NCBI GenBank assembly: GCA_963774265.1
Contig: CAVZDU010000003.1
Span: 1-64,000, forward strand
Length of the DNA stretch: 64,000 nt
Direction: 5' to 3'
DNA from: an uncultured Chloroflexia bacterium
GTDB lineage: Bacteria > Chloroflexota > Anaerolineae > CG2-30-64-16
Position 1 is the first letter of the stretch. Each line of letters opens with the position of its first letter. Below, one piece after another: positions 1 through 9,131 of this stretch. A model generated the notes under the pieces. The model was not told the origin of the DNA. It did no database searches and worked only from the letters and a program-made list of their open reading frames with translations. The position numbers and the translations under genes are program-made.

Positions 1-1464
1 ACGGGCTTGAGGCGCCGATGCCGCCGCGCCCTGGGTGGAAAGTCCGGCCAGCAAGGCCGCGCCGGCCAGGATGATGGCTGCGGAGGTGATGCGCAGGGCT
101 CTCGAGGTCTGCCCGGCCTCGTAGGCCGTGCCCTGGTCGGCCGTCGTTCCCTCCGGGGAGCTGCCCCCGCTGACGGCGAGCGCAGCAGCCAACCGTGACA
201 CCAGGTCTTGCCCCTTTGCTGGAGCAGCTACGCGGACGGCGAGAAGCGTCCCGTCGCGATCGACCGCAGCGTTAATCCATGCGCGTGTGACGCCGGCCCA
301 TGCCGTGATGGCTGCGCCGGCCAGCAGCACGAGCCCTCCCAGGAGCATGGCGGGCCAACCCGGTACAGCCGCCAAGTCTACCACTACGTACCGGTCGCGC
401 TGCAATGTCAGCGTCACGCCGTCCCAGTTGACCGCGCCCGTTTCTTCGACCAATTCGTTGAGTTGAGGCGTCGTGTCACTGCCCCGATAGCCTTCGATCA
501 GAAATACGGGACCCATGATCGCCCTGTCCGGCAGGCTCTCATAACTGACGACGCGAAATGCAAGGCCGCGGCCCGGGATGCTGAACCCCTGCTCGCTTTG
601 GTTCTGGCCGAACCGTAACTGCAGTGATTCGCCGATCGGGGCGCCCGACTCCAGCGGTTGCAGGGCCAGGGCGCGGCCCTCTGCTTCAGCGCGTACGCTC
701 AGCGCGGGGCCGCTGGCGCGCTGGACCACCCATGCGCCGTTCCAGATCACCGGCCGCCCGTAGCTGAGCCAGAAGTTGCCGCTCGCCATGCCCCGGGTCA
801 GCCCCAGAACAACGGGTCGCTCCTCGCCCGAGCCGCTTGTATCAATGAGGGTGAGGGCGATGCCACCGGCCTCTGCAGGCTGCACGGACATCCCCGTGGT
901 CAGGGCGATCTCGCTTGCACGCCAACCTGCAACGGAGTTCCACAGCAGTCCGCCCAAGATGAGGAGCGGGCCAAGATACGTCAGGAACGGACCGATCGCT
1001 GCCCAGGCACGCCGTTCGGAAAACGCGTCCGTGCGCGGGCGTGGCGTGTCCGCGGCGCTGTTTGCGACCTGGTGCTGGCCGATGCCGCTCAAGACGGCTT
1101 CGACGCGGGTGTGCATTGTGGGCAGGGGGGTGTGGGATTGCACCAGCTCGAAGGGCAATCCCTGCGGGGCAAGCGGGATTCCTGACGTTTGACGGCGGAC
1201 CAGCCTGGATGCCTGGTTGGCGGCGCGCAGGGTGAGATGGAAGGCCGCGGCGGCAAGGAGCGCTTTCATCCAGGCGCCGGACGCGGCAGGGTCAAGATCG
1301 GCACGAAGGGGAATGGACGCAGCCAGGGCAAAGGTGAACGCCAGGACGACCGCCAGCGCAATCGTCATTTGCGGAGAGCTGGCGGCATACCAGAGGTTGT
1401 CCAGGAAGCGACGGCCGGGCCTGGACCCAGCGCGTCGAGGATCAGGTGAAGCGTTCAGGGCCAT
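1..1464 (-). CDS. Cytochrome c biogenesis ResB-like membrane protein (3' end runs off window)
   Basis: Manual translation from ATG at 1464: MALNASPDPRRAGSRPGRRFLDNLWYAASSPQMTIALAVVLAFTFALAASIP..., later LLTYLGPLLILGGLLWNSVAGWRASEIAL. This resembles the ResB N-terminal TM layout. No stop in the segments read near either end; absent from the ORF track, consistent with no stop inside the window. Confidence 0.55.
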   Translation of the reverse strand, partial: MALNASPDPRRAGSRPGRRFLDNLWYAASSPQMTIALAVVLAFTFALAASIPLRADLDPAASGAWMKALLAAAAFHLTLRAANQASRLVRRQTSGIPLAPQGLPFELVQSHTPLPTMHTRVEAVLSGIGQHQVANSAADTPRPRTDAFSERRAWAAIGPFLTYLGPLLILGGLLWNSVAGWRASEIALTTGMSVQPAEAGGIALTLIDTSGSGEERPVVLGLTRGMASGNFWLSYGRPVIWNGAWVVQRASGPALSVRAEAEGRALALQPLESGAPIGESLQLRFGQNQSEQGFSIPGRGLAFRVVSYESLPDRAIMGPVFLIEGYRGSDTTPQLNELVEETGAVNWDGVTLTLQRDRYVVVDLAAVPGWPAMLLGGLVLLAGAAITAWAGVTRAWINAAVDRDGTLLAVRVAAPAKGQDLVSRLAAALAVSGGSSPEGTTADQGTAYEAGQTSRALRITSAAIILAGAALLAGLSTQGAAASAPQAR

Positions 1465-1520
1465 CGTCCGTCGGACGCACCAGCAGGGCGGACCGCACAC
1501 GCGAGCCGTCCGGAGCCGAT

Positions 1521-1556
1521 AAAAGATCGGCCCCAACCGGTGACAGGTCGGGGCCT
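1521..1556 (-). terminator. Intrinsic terminator downstream of tRNA-Thr
   Basis: Minus strand GGCCCCGACC-TGTCACC-GGTTGGGGCC followed by GATCTTTT. Confidence 0.6.
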
Positions 1557-1566
1557 TCGTATGAAG

Positions 1567-1639
1567 AGCCACCCGACGGAATCGAACCGTCAACCTAGCG
1601 CTTACGAAGCGCTCGCTCTACCTATTGAGCTAGGGTGGC
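1567..1639 (-). tRNA. tRNA-Thr(CGT), CCA not encoded
   Basis: Reverse complement GCCACCCTAGCTCAATAGGTAGAGCGAGCGCTTCGTAAGCGCTAGGTTGACGGTTCGATTCCGTCGGGTGGCT folds as a cloverleaf. Anticodon stem AGCGC/GCGCT, loop TTCGTAA; T-loop TTCGATT. Confidence 0.95.
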
Positions 1640-1735
1640 ACGCGGCCAGGCGCATACGTCCGGGCCAACGATGCAGCAATTATATGCGCAAGGCGTGAGC
1701 GTCGCAAATTGCCGGCCCGCGCTCGTGCCAGGAAC

Positions 1736-1764
1736 ACCTTCGAGGCCGCCAAGATCTCGAAGGT
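1736..1764. repeat. REP-like palindrome, ACCTTCGAGG...CTCGAAGGT family (copy 1)
   Basis: ACCTTCGAGGCCGCCAAGATCTCGAAGGT; same arms as the copy at 32231-32258. Confidence 0.6.
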
Positions 1765-1776
1765 TTTGAATCGGGT

Positions 1777-2334
1777 CTAGACGCGTGTCAGGTACTCGCC
1801 GGTGCGGGTGTCGATGCGAACCTTATCCCCGATGCTGACGAACAGCGGCACCTGCACCTGGTAGCCGGTCGAAACGATCGCGGGCTTGGTGGCGTTGGTC
1901 GCCGTGTCACCTGCGTAGCCCGGGTCCGTCTTCATCACTTCCAGATCGACGGTCGTCGGCAGCGCTACGCTGATCGACTCGCCCTCGTAACTTTCGAGGT
2001 CCAGGACCATGTTGTCGATCAGGAAATTGACTGCGTCGCCCAGCATGTCGGCGGAGAGGACAGGTTGTTCGTACGTCTCGGTATTCATGAAGGTGTACAG
2101 ATTGCCCTCACGATAGAGGTACTGCACCTGGGTATGATCGAGGCGAACGTCTTGCACGCGGGCGCCCGAGGGGTACGTTTTCTCCATTGTCGAATTCGAC
2201 CGGACGTTACGCACCTTGACACGAATCGTGGCGTTCCCCCGGCCTGATTTGATGTGCTGGTAGTCCATCACGCGCCACAGCGCGTTGTCTTCCGTAAAAG
2301 TCGTTCCCTTGCGAAGATCCTGAACGCCAATCAT
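1777..2334 (-). CDS. efp: Elongation factor P
   Basis: 185 aa with DLRKG, HIKSGRGNATIR, QYLY, TKPA..STG..VQVPLFV and RIDTRTGEYL motifs. Confidence 0.97.
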   Translation of the reverse strand: MIGVQDLRKGTTFTEDNALWRVMDYQHIKSGRGNATIRVKVRNVRSNSTMEKTYPSGARVQDVRLDHTQVQYLYREGNLYTFMNTETYEQPVLSADMLGDAVNFLIDNMVLDLESYEGESISVALPTTVDLEVMKTDPGYAGDTATNATKPAIVSTGYQVQVPLFVSIGDKVRIDTRTGEYLTRV

Positions 2335-2563
2335 TCGTTACTGCTCCTGCAAACATTGTATGTCGACATTGGGCGCCGCGCGATGGGCGGCAAAACCTCC
2401 GGGCGCAACTGCACCCGGAGGTTGCATATAATCATATGCGCGGACGGCCTCTCTGTCAAATACATCTCGTGGTGATGAATTTCTCTTATATTTTTGAGAT
2501 AAAAGTCCTTGCGCTGGGCGACCTCATGGAGTAGCATGATGGTAAAAGTTCCAGGAGGAAGAC

Positions 2564-3118
2564 ATGAAAGCAACTGATATTTTGATGGACGAGCATCGCG
2601 TGATCGAGCGCGTCCTGACCAGCCTTGAGACGGCGGCCGTGCGCCTCCAAGGAGGCGAGGCAGTGCGCCCCGGTTTCTTTATCGACGCGGCCGATTTCAT
2701 CAAGGGTTTTGCGGACGGGTGTCATCACTTGAAGGAAGAAGGCGTGTTGTTCACGGCCCTGGTCGATGTCGGGCTGCCTCAAAAGGTTGGCCCGGTCGCC
2801 ATGATGCTCGCGGAGCACGAGCAGGGCCGCGCGTACACGCGAGGAATGCGTGCCGCGGCGGAACGATTGGCTGAGGGTGATGGGCCCTCGCAGGGCGAAG
2901 TGGTCAGCAATGCGCTGGGCTACGTCGGGCTGCTGCGCGGGCATATCGGCAAGGAGGATCATGTCCTGTTTCCACTGGCCAATGAGATGATACCGCTCGA
3001 TCGACAAGCCGTCCTGGTGGAGCGCTTCGAGACGATCGAGCACGAGGACACCGGGGAGGGCGTTCACGAGAAGTACCTGGCCCTGGCCGAAGCATTGGGC
3101 CAAGAAGCGAACCGGTAA
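2564..3118 (+). CDS. Hemerythrin (HHE cation-binding) domain protein
   Basis: LMDEHRVIER, CHHLKEEGVLF, MLAEHEQGR, HIGKEDHVLFP motifs; AGGAGG RBS. Confidence 0.9.
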   Translation: MKATDILMDEHRVIERVLTSLETAAVRLQGGEAVRPGFFIDAADFIKGFADGCHHLKEEGVLFTALVDVGLPQKVGPVAMMLAEHEQGRAYTRGMRAAAERLAEGDGPSQGEVVSNALGYVGLLRGHIGKEDHVLFPLANEMIPLDRQAVLVERFETIEHEDTGEGVHEKYLALAEALGQEANR

Positions 3119-3143
3119 GGTTGGGGGGAAGGGATCAGGTGCC

Positions 3144-3968
3144 ATGGACCAGAATGCAACGAGCTTCTACGACGCACTTGCGCCCATGTTCGACGTGATG
3201 ACCGACTGGGATGGGCGGCTGGCAGCCGAGGGACCCTTCCTGCGGGCAATGTTGGAGCAGTCCGGTAGCCGGAGCGTCCTGGACGCGGCTTGCGGCAGCG
3301 GAGGGCATGCGTTGGCCCTGGCGCGGTGGGGCTATGCGGCGGCCGGGGTGGATGCCAGTCCGGTCATGGTCGAGATGGCCCGGCGCAAGGCTGCTGAGGC
3401 TGGCCACGACATCCCCTTCGCCGTGGCAGACCTGGGAGGTCTGAGCGCGCTGGCCGCAGGCGAAGTTCGCGAGGATAGCGTTGCCGGCGTGCTGCGCCTT
3501 GCGCCCTATGACGTGGTCCTGTGCCTGGGCAACTCGCTGCCTCACCTGTTGACGCAGGCCGACCTGGTCGCGGCGCTGACCGGCATGGGAGCCATGCTCA
3601 AACCGGGGGGGCTGCTCGTGCTCCAGAACCTCAACTATGACCTGCGTTGGCAGAAGCAGCCGCGCTGGTTCGCAGCGCAAGGGGGCGAGCTCGACGGACA
3701 GGAGGTGCTCGTCTGGCGTTTTGCCGACTACGACGTCCCCTCGGGGCAAATCTCGTTCCACATCGCGCACTTCACCAGGCGGGAAAGCGGTTGGCAGGTC
3801 GCGGTCCACACCACACCGCACCGCCCGCTGTTCCAGGCGGACCTGTTCGCCGCGCTCGCAGAGGCTGGCTTTGAGCGGCCGCGCGCCTATGCGCGAATGG
3901 CCTGGCCCGGCGAGGCGTACGACCGGAATGCGTCCGGGGATCTGGTAGTCGTGGCTAGTCAGGGTTGA
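3144..3968 (+). CDS. Class I SAM-dependent methyltransferase
   Basis: VLDAACGSGGH motif I, GVDAS, LCLGNSLPHL, LKPGG. Confidence 0.9.
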   Translation: MDQNATSFYDALAPMFDVMTDWDGRLAAEGPFLRAMLEQSGSRSVLDAACGSGGHALALARWGYAAAGVDASPVMVEMARRKAAEAGHDIPFAVADLGGLSALAAGEVREDSVAGVLRLAPYDVVLCLGNSLPHLLTQADLVAALTGMGAMLKPGGLLVLQNLNYDLRWQKQPRWFAAQGGELDGQEVLVWRFADYDVPSGQISFHIAHFTRRESGWQVAVHTTPHRPLFQADLFAALAEAGFERPRAYARMAWPGEAYDRNASGDLVVVASQG

Positions 3969-4078
3969 GAGAACGCCCCGCCTCGGTGCGCTGCCTGCCG
4001 AACGCAATGCCGGTCGGGCCCGGTCATCGGCGAGTCGTTGCCCAGAGGCGCCTATCCCGCCTGACCCTCAGCAGCGCC

Positions 4079-5122
4079 TCAGAGCGCGGCTTCCCCCCAA
4101 GTGCGGGCATTCCCCCTTTCCAGGCCGGCCAGCACCACCGCGGATCGAGTCTCCGCAGAACGCCGCGCGGCCAGCGCCAGGTCGAGCGACAAGGCGCCCT
4201 CGCGGATCGGTGTACGAGTGGGGCGACATTCGACAATCCCAGCGTGTAAGTCGAGCAACTCCCGCAAGTGATAACTTGCGTCAGACGCGACTGATTCGGT
4301 CCTCAGCCCCGGCGAGTCCGTGTAAGTGAAGATCGCGTGGCTCGCATCGGCGAAATCCACCGTTACATTTCTTGCGACCACGCGATAGTCGTTGATCCAC
4401 TTGCCCGGGATCGCGCCGTTGGTCGCGTAGATCACCCCCACTCCGCCCCCTTCAAAGCCGATGAGGGTGCCCGACACATCCTCGATGGTGTAATCCGGCT
4501 GGTGGCGATGGAACAGGTTGCTCTGCAGGCTGTAGACTGACACTGGCTCGCCCATCACGTAGCGCATCAGGTCCAGCATGTGGATGACCTGCTCGACCAG
4601 TTGGCCGCCGGACCGGGCCCGGTCACGCCACCACGTTGCGTGCAGAGCGTTGCAGAAATAGCGTGCGCTCATCAGGCCGACCGGTCCGGCCTCGCCGGAT
4701 TCGACGAGCTCCTTGAGCCGCTCGATGGCCGCGCCGAAGCGAAACATGAAGCCGACCTGTGTCTTGATTCCCGCGCGTTCGGCCGCCTCGACCATGCGCC
4801 ACGCGTGTTCGGAGGTGAGCGCGATCGGCTTCTCCAGAAGTAGGTGCACGCCGTGCGCCGCGGCGACCTCGACCTCATCACTGTGGCTGTAGGGCGGCAG
4901 GCAAATCACACACATATCCAGCGCGGCGCGATCGAACAGGTCGTGATGATCGCTGAAGACTGCGGCCCGGCCGGCCGAATACCGGTCGGCGTAGGCCTGG
5001 CCGCGCTCGGGGTGGCGATCGCAGAAGGCAACCAGCTCAAACTTGTCGACCTGGCTGGCCAGGTTCGCGGCATGTCGATGGGCGAACCCGCCGCAGCCAA
5101 GGATGGCTGTCTTGAGTCTCAT
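4079..5122 (-). CDS. Gfo/Idh/MocA family oxidoreductase (YcjS-like)
   Basis: GCGGFA Rossmann motif, LLEKPIA, VGFMFRF, SGGQLVEQVIHMLD. Confidence 0.92.
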   Translation of the reverse strand: MRLKTAILGCGGFAHRHAANLASQVDKFELVAFCDRHPERGQAYADRYSAGRAAVFSDHHDLFDRAALDMCVICLPPYSHSDEVEVAAAHGVHLLLEKPIALTSEHAWRMVEAAERAGIKTQVGFMFRFGAAIERLKELVESGEAGPVGLMSARYFCNALHATWWRDRARSGGQLVEQVIHMLDLMRYVMGEPVSVYSLQSNLFHRHQPDYTIEDVSGTLIGFEGGGVGVIYATNGAIPGKWINDYRVVARNVTVDFADASHAIFTYTDSPGLRTESVASDASYHLRELLDLHAGIVECRPTRTPIREGALSLDLALAARRSAETRSAVVLAGLERGNARTWGEAAL

Positions 5123-5125
5123 CCG

Positions 5126-6173
5126 TCACCTCCTGAAGTCCAGCACCACCTGGAGCGCAGCTTCGGGCTCCTGGTCGAGAATGCGATACGCCTCGGCCGC
5201 GTCCTGCCACGGCACAACGTGGGTGATCAATGGCTTGAGTTGCAGCACGCCCTCGGCCTGGAGCCGGATGCCGGTGCGCACCAGGCGCTCGCGGTTCCAG
5301 CGATAGCTCAACTCTGGACCGACACCGGAAATCTGCGAGCAGACCAGGTTGATCCGGTTGTGGTGGAACTCCTCGCCGAGGTCGAGCCCCAGCCCGGGCC
5401 CCTGGAAAAAGCCCAGCGCCACCACCTTGCCCGAGTATACGGCCGCACGCACCGCCTCGTGAAGCGCGGGGTAGGCGCCGGACGCCTCGATGCAGACATC
5501 GGCCCCGCGGTTCTCGGTCAACGCCTTGATCTGCTCCGCAATCCGCCCTGTGCGGGCGTCCAGGGGCACGTGCACGGCGCCCAACTCGACTGCTTTCGCC
5601 AGCCGCGCCGGAATCAGGTCGACTCCGATCACGCGCTGCGCCGGAACGCGTGGCCATCTGTGCGACGATCTGACCGGGGACACCCAGGCCAAACACAGCG
5701 ACGGTTTCGCCCAGGCGGATCGCTGCGTCCAGGATGCCGTTAAGCGCGATCGCGGCCATGTGGGAGTAGATGCCCAGGATCGGGTCCAGGCCGGGGGGCA
5801 GGAGCCGACCGGCGATATCGTCCTCTGCCGCGATGTGCTGCGTGCGATGGCCCCAGGTCCCGCAGACGATGTCACCGAATTTCACCCGGCCCACCTGGCT
5901 GCCCACCTCGATGACCTCGCCGGCTTCCTCGTAACCGAGATCTCGCATGGGGTACTGCTTGGTGGGCGCACCGTCCGGCACGAACAGGCGCTGCTCACCG
6001 GCCCAGCGCTTGTGCAGGTTTACGTTGCTGCCGCGGTACGCGGTCAGCTCGGTGCCCGCACTGATGCCGGAGTAAAGGGTGCGCACGCGCACCTCGTGCG
6101 GCTCGAGCGCGCGATCGAGATACTCCTCGCAGCCGATGGACCCCGGGCCCTCCAGGACGATGGTCTTTCCCAT
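5126..6173 (-). CDS. Zinc-binding alcohol/sugar dehydrogenase (YcjQ-like), one apparent frameshift near 5640
   Basis: N-part MGKTIVLEGPG...SGISAGTE...LGYEEAG...VFGLGVPGQ (ORF 5037-6185) joins C-part VIGVDLIPARL...GADVCIEASG...LGEEFHHNRI (ORF 5126-5875). Confidence 0.85.
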
Positions 6174-6275
6174 GTCTTCTCTCACTTTGCACCAGATACG
6201 ATGATAGATGCTGGTTATGATACCGGGTTGCCCGTAATCTGTCCAACCAATTCGGCCCCTATCGGAGTAAAACCA

Positions 6276-6304
6276 TTGACAGCCGAAACGTTTTGGAGTA
6301 CAGT
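6276..6304 (+). promoter_or_regulatory. Sigma70-type promoter for lacI/ABC operon
   Basis: TTGACA (6276-6281), 17 bp spacer, TACAGT (6299-6304). Confidence 0.75.
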
Positions 6305-6328
6305 GTGGTCTGTCCGAAACGTTTTGGA
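6282..6328. promoter_or_regulatory. Two LacI-family operators
   Basis: GCCGAAACGTTTTGGA (6282-6297) and TCCGAAACGTTTTGGA (6313-6328). Near-palindromes with central AAACGTTT, 31 bp apart, directly upstream of the LacI gene. Confidence 0.8.
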
Positions 6329-6378
6329 TGGAGGCATTACCCGCCAGCGGGGCTTAGCGTCTCGAGGGAGAGACCGTA

Positions 6379-7410
6379 ATGGCCGCAACGCTCAAGGAGA
6401 TCGCTCGCCTCACCGGCAAGTCCGTCACCACGGTGTCGCGCGCGCTGGCCGATTACGACGATGTCAGCCCCGAGACTAAGGTTATGGTGCGCCGCGTGGC
6501 CGACGACTTGGGCTACACGCCCAATCTCACGGCGCAACACCTCCAAAAACGCCGCTCCGATACCATCGGCCTGATTCTTCCCACCTACGGCCCGCGCTTT
6601 GCCGATCCCTTCTTCAGTGAGTTCCTGGCCGGCGTCGGCAACATGGCCGCCGAGCATGGCTATGACCTGCTCGTCTCCACCCAGGCGCCCGGCGACCACG
6701 AGCTGCAAGTCTACCGCCAGAAGGTGCAAAGCCGGCAGGTCGACGGCTTCGTCATCGTGCGGACACGAAGACACGACGCCCGCATCCTCTATCTGCGAGA
6801 GGCCGGCTTCCCGTTCGTGTCCTTCGGCCGCATCGAAGGCGAGCTGGATTTCCCCTTTGTGGGTGTAAACGGGACCCTGGGGATGAGGTTGGTCGGCGAG
6901 CATCTGATCGAGCTGGGACATCGCCGAATCGCCTATGTGGCCCCGCCACCCGACTTTATGTTTGCCGGGCATCGTCTGCTGGGACTGCGCCAGGCGCTTC
7001 AGGCGCGTGGCCTCGCGCTGGACGATGACGACGTTGTCATCGGCGACCTTACTCAGAAGAGTGGCTTCCTGGCGGCCGGACAGCTGCTCGACAGACCTCA
7101 ATGGCCGACCGCCATCGTCGCGAGCAACGACCTCATGGCCTTGGGGGTGATGAGCGCGATTCAGGAGCGCGGGTTGGAGGTCGGCAGGGACATCGCCGTC
7201 ACCGGCTTTGATGACATCCCTATGGCCGAACACTCGCACCCACCCCTGACCACTGTACGCCAACCCATCTACCGGATCGGCAAAATGGTGAGCGGCATGC
7301 TCATCCAGCTCCTGCAAGGCAAGGAGTTGAGCCCTCGCCAGGTGATCCTGGAGCCAGCCCTGATGGTGCGCCATTCCTGCGGCAGCACACTTCAGCCGAC
7401 CCTGGCTTGA
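6379..7410 (+). CDS. LacI family transcriptional regulator
   Basis: ATLKEIARLTGKSVTTVSRAL HTH, LGYTPN, GHRRIA, DIAVTGFDD, PPLTTVRQP. Confidence 0.96.
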   Translation: MAATLKEIARLTGKSVTTVSRALADYDDVSPETKVMVRRVADDLGYTPNLTAQHLQKRRSDTIGLILPTYGPRFADPFFSEFLAGVGNMAAEHGYDLLVSTQAPGDHELQVYRQKVQSRQVDGFVIVRTRRHDARILYLREAGFPFVSFGRIEGELDFPFVGVNGTLGMRLVGEHLIELGHRRIAYVAPPPDFMFAGHRLLGLRQALQARGLALDDDDVVIGDLTQKSGFLAAGQLLDRPQWPTAIVASNDLMALGVMSAIQERGLEVGRDIAVTGFDDIPMAEHSHPPLTTVRQPIYRIGKMVSGMLIQLLQGKELSPRQVILEPALMVRHSCGSTLQPTLA

Positions 7411-7561
7411 CCGTTCTAGCCGAGGCAGGCAAAAGGAGGTGACATATCGCTGAAGGGATACGACGGACGATCATGCAGGCCGGACGAGAATCTGATGTGG
7501 CTGTCGCCCGGCAACCGAATGGCAACCCTATTCTAACCATCCCTATCGCAGGAGGAGATTC

Positions 7562-9007
7562 ATGAAAAGGCGTTCGATCCTCGTAGTGCTCGTTGTATTC
7601 ACGATGCTGGTTGGCGCTTGCGGCGGTGCTTCGACGCCGGCCGCTGCCCCGACCACAGCCCCGGCAGCCGCGGCGCCAGAACCAACCAAAGCGCCGGCAG
7701 CCGCCGCGCCGGAGCCAACCAAGGCGCCGGAGCCAACTAAGGCCCCTGAGCCAACTAAGGCCCCCGAGCCGACTGCCGCGCCGGCCGTGGACATGGCGAG
7801 CCTGGTGTTCTTCTCCACGCAGTTCAACGTTGTGGAGGAGCAGGAGAAGTTCCGCGCCATCCTCAAGGAAGGCGGCTTCGACTTCACTGCCTCGGAAGAA
7901 GGCCCACTGCTGGACCTGGTGTCCGCTGAGGCGCAGACCGGCAAGGGCACAGTGGACCTCGTCGGCGCGCTGCACGGCTCCTTCCCGCCCTTGCAGAAGG
8001 GCAACTCCATGGTCAACCTGGCCGACCTGGCCGAGGACCTCTCTGGCACCCGCGATTTCGCCGCGGCCTTCCTGTCCACCGGCCTGCTGGGCACCGAGGA
8101 CTACCTCTACTATGTGCCCTGGCTGCAGGCCACCTACATTATGGCTGCGCACAAGGACGCGCTGAAGTATCTGCCGTCCGGCGCGAACCCGGATAGCCTG
8201 ACCTGGCAGCAGGTCGGCGCCTGGTGCAAGGCCATCAACGAGGGCGAAGGCAAGCCGCTCTGCGGCATGCCTCACAAGGGACTGTACCATCGCTTCCTGG
8301 AAGGTTACCTGTGGCCGTCGTTTACCGGCGGCATGGTGACCAACTTCCAGAGCAAAGAGGCTGAGGAGATGCTCACCTGGCTGCGCGACGACCTGTGGCC
8401 CTATGTGCACCCGCAGTCGATCAGCTATTCCTTCATGCAGGAACCGCTGCTGGCCGGCGAGGTGTGGGTGGCCTTCGACCACACCGCGCGCCTGCTCGAC
8501 GCATTCAACCAGAAGCCCGATGACTTCGTGGCCTTCCCGGCGCCCTCCGGACCGGCGGGCCTCGGCTTCATGCCCGTCGTCGTCGGACTGGGCATCCCCA
8601 AGACCGCACCCCATCCCGAAGCAGCCAGGAAGGCCATCGACTACCTGACGTCGTCGGCGGCGCAGGCCCGTGTCCTCAAGGACCTGGGCTTCTTCCCGGT
8701 GATCGGCGGTGTTGACACCACGGGGCTGCCGCCTGGCATCGCCATCGAGCTGGCCGCGGTTGAAAAACAGGCCAATGCCGCCAACGCCATTCCGTCGCTA
8801 CTGCCGGTTGGCCTCGGCGCTCGCGGGGGTGAGATCAACCAGATCTTCCGCAACGCCCACGACCGGACAGTGATCAACAAGGAAGCGATCCCCGGCGTGC
8901 TCGCCGAGGAGGCAGCCAACCTGCAGAAACTGATGAACGAGACCGGCGCGTCCTGCTGGGCGCCCGATCCACCTTCCACCGGACCCTGCCAGGTGAACCC
9001 GCGCTGA
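7562..9007 (+). CDS. Carbohydrate ABC transporter substrate-binding lipoprotein
   Basis: Lipobox LVGAC, APEPTK-repeat linker, CUT1 SBP-like body. Confidence 0.9.
   Translation: MKRRSILVVLVVFTMLVGACGGASTPAAAPTTAPAAAAPEPTKAPAAAAPEPTKAPEPTKAPEPTKAPEPTAAPAVDMASLVFFSTQFNVVEEQEKFRAILKEGGFDFTASEEGPLLDLVSAEAQTGKGTVDLVGALHGSFPPLQKGNSMVNLADLAEDLSGTRDFAAAFLSTGLLGTEDYLYYVPWLQATYIMAAHKDALKYLPSGANPDSLTWQQVGAWCKAINEGEGKPLCGMPHKGLYHRFLEGYLWPSFTGGMVTNFQSKEAEEMLTWLRDDLWPYVHPQSISYSFMQEPLLAGEVWVAFDHTARLLDAFNQKPDDFVAFPAPSGPAGLGFMPVVVGLGIPKTAPHPEAARKAIDYLTSSAAQARVLKDLGFFPVIGGVDTTGLPPGIAIELAAVEKQANAANAIPSLLPVGLGARGGEINQIFRNAHDRTVINKEAIPGVLAEEAANLQKLMNETGASCWAPDPPSTGPCQVNPR
7672..7776 (+). repeat. Coding tandem repeat (APEPTK)n linker
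   Basis: Imperfect 18-nt repeats GCnCCnGAGCCAACnAAG encoding APEPTK, about 5 copies. Confidence 0.8.
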
Positions 9008-9055
9008 CCCATGGTTTCGCTCGCGGCGGGTCTGGGATCCGCTGCGAGCCTGACA

Positions 9056-9114
9056 GGATGCTGTCCCCCGCTCACAGCGGGTCTGGAGCCTGCCGGAAGA
9101 GGGGGACAGCATCC
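9056..9114. other. Stem-loop between SBP and permease genes
   Basis: GGATGCTGTCCCCC ... GGGGGACAGCATCC, a 14-bp inverted repeat. A second hairpin lies at about 9018-9049. Confidence 0.6.
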
Positions 9115-9131
9115 TTCACAGGAGCAGGCCT

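Noticed and set aside
1567-1639. tRNA-Thr as a genomic island integration site
   Set aside because: No duplicate of the tRNA 3' end was noticed and no integrase is present; the flanking genes are housekeeping.
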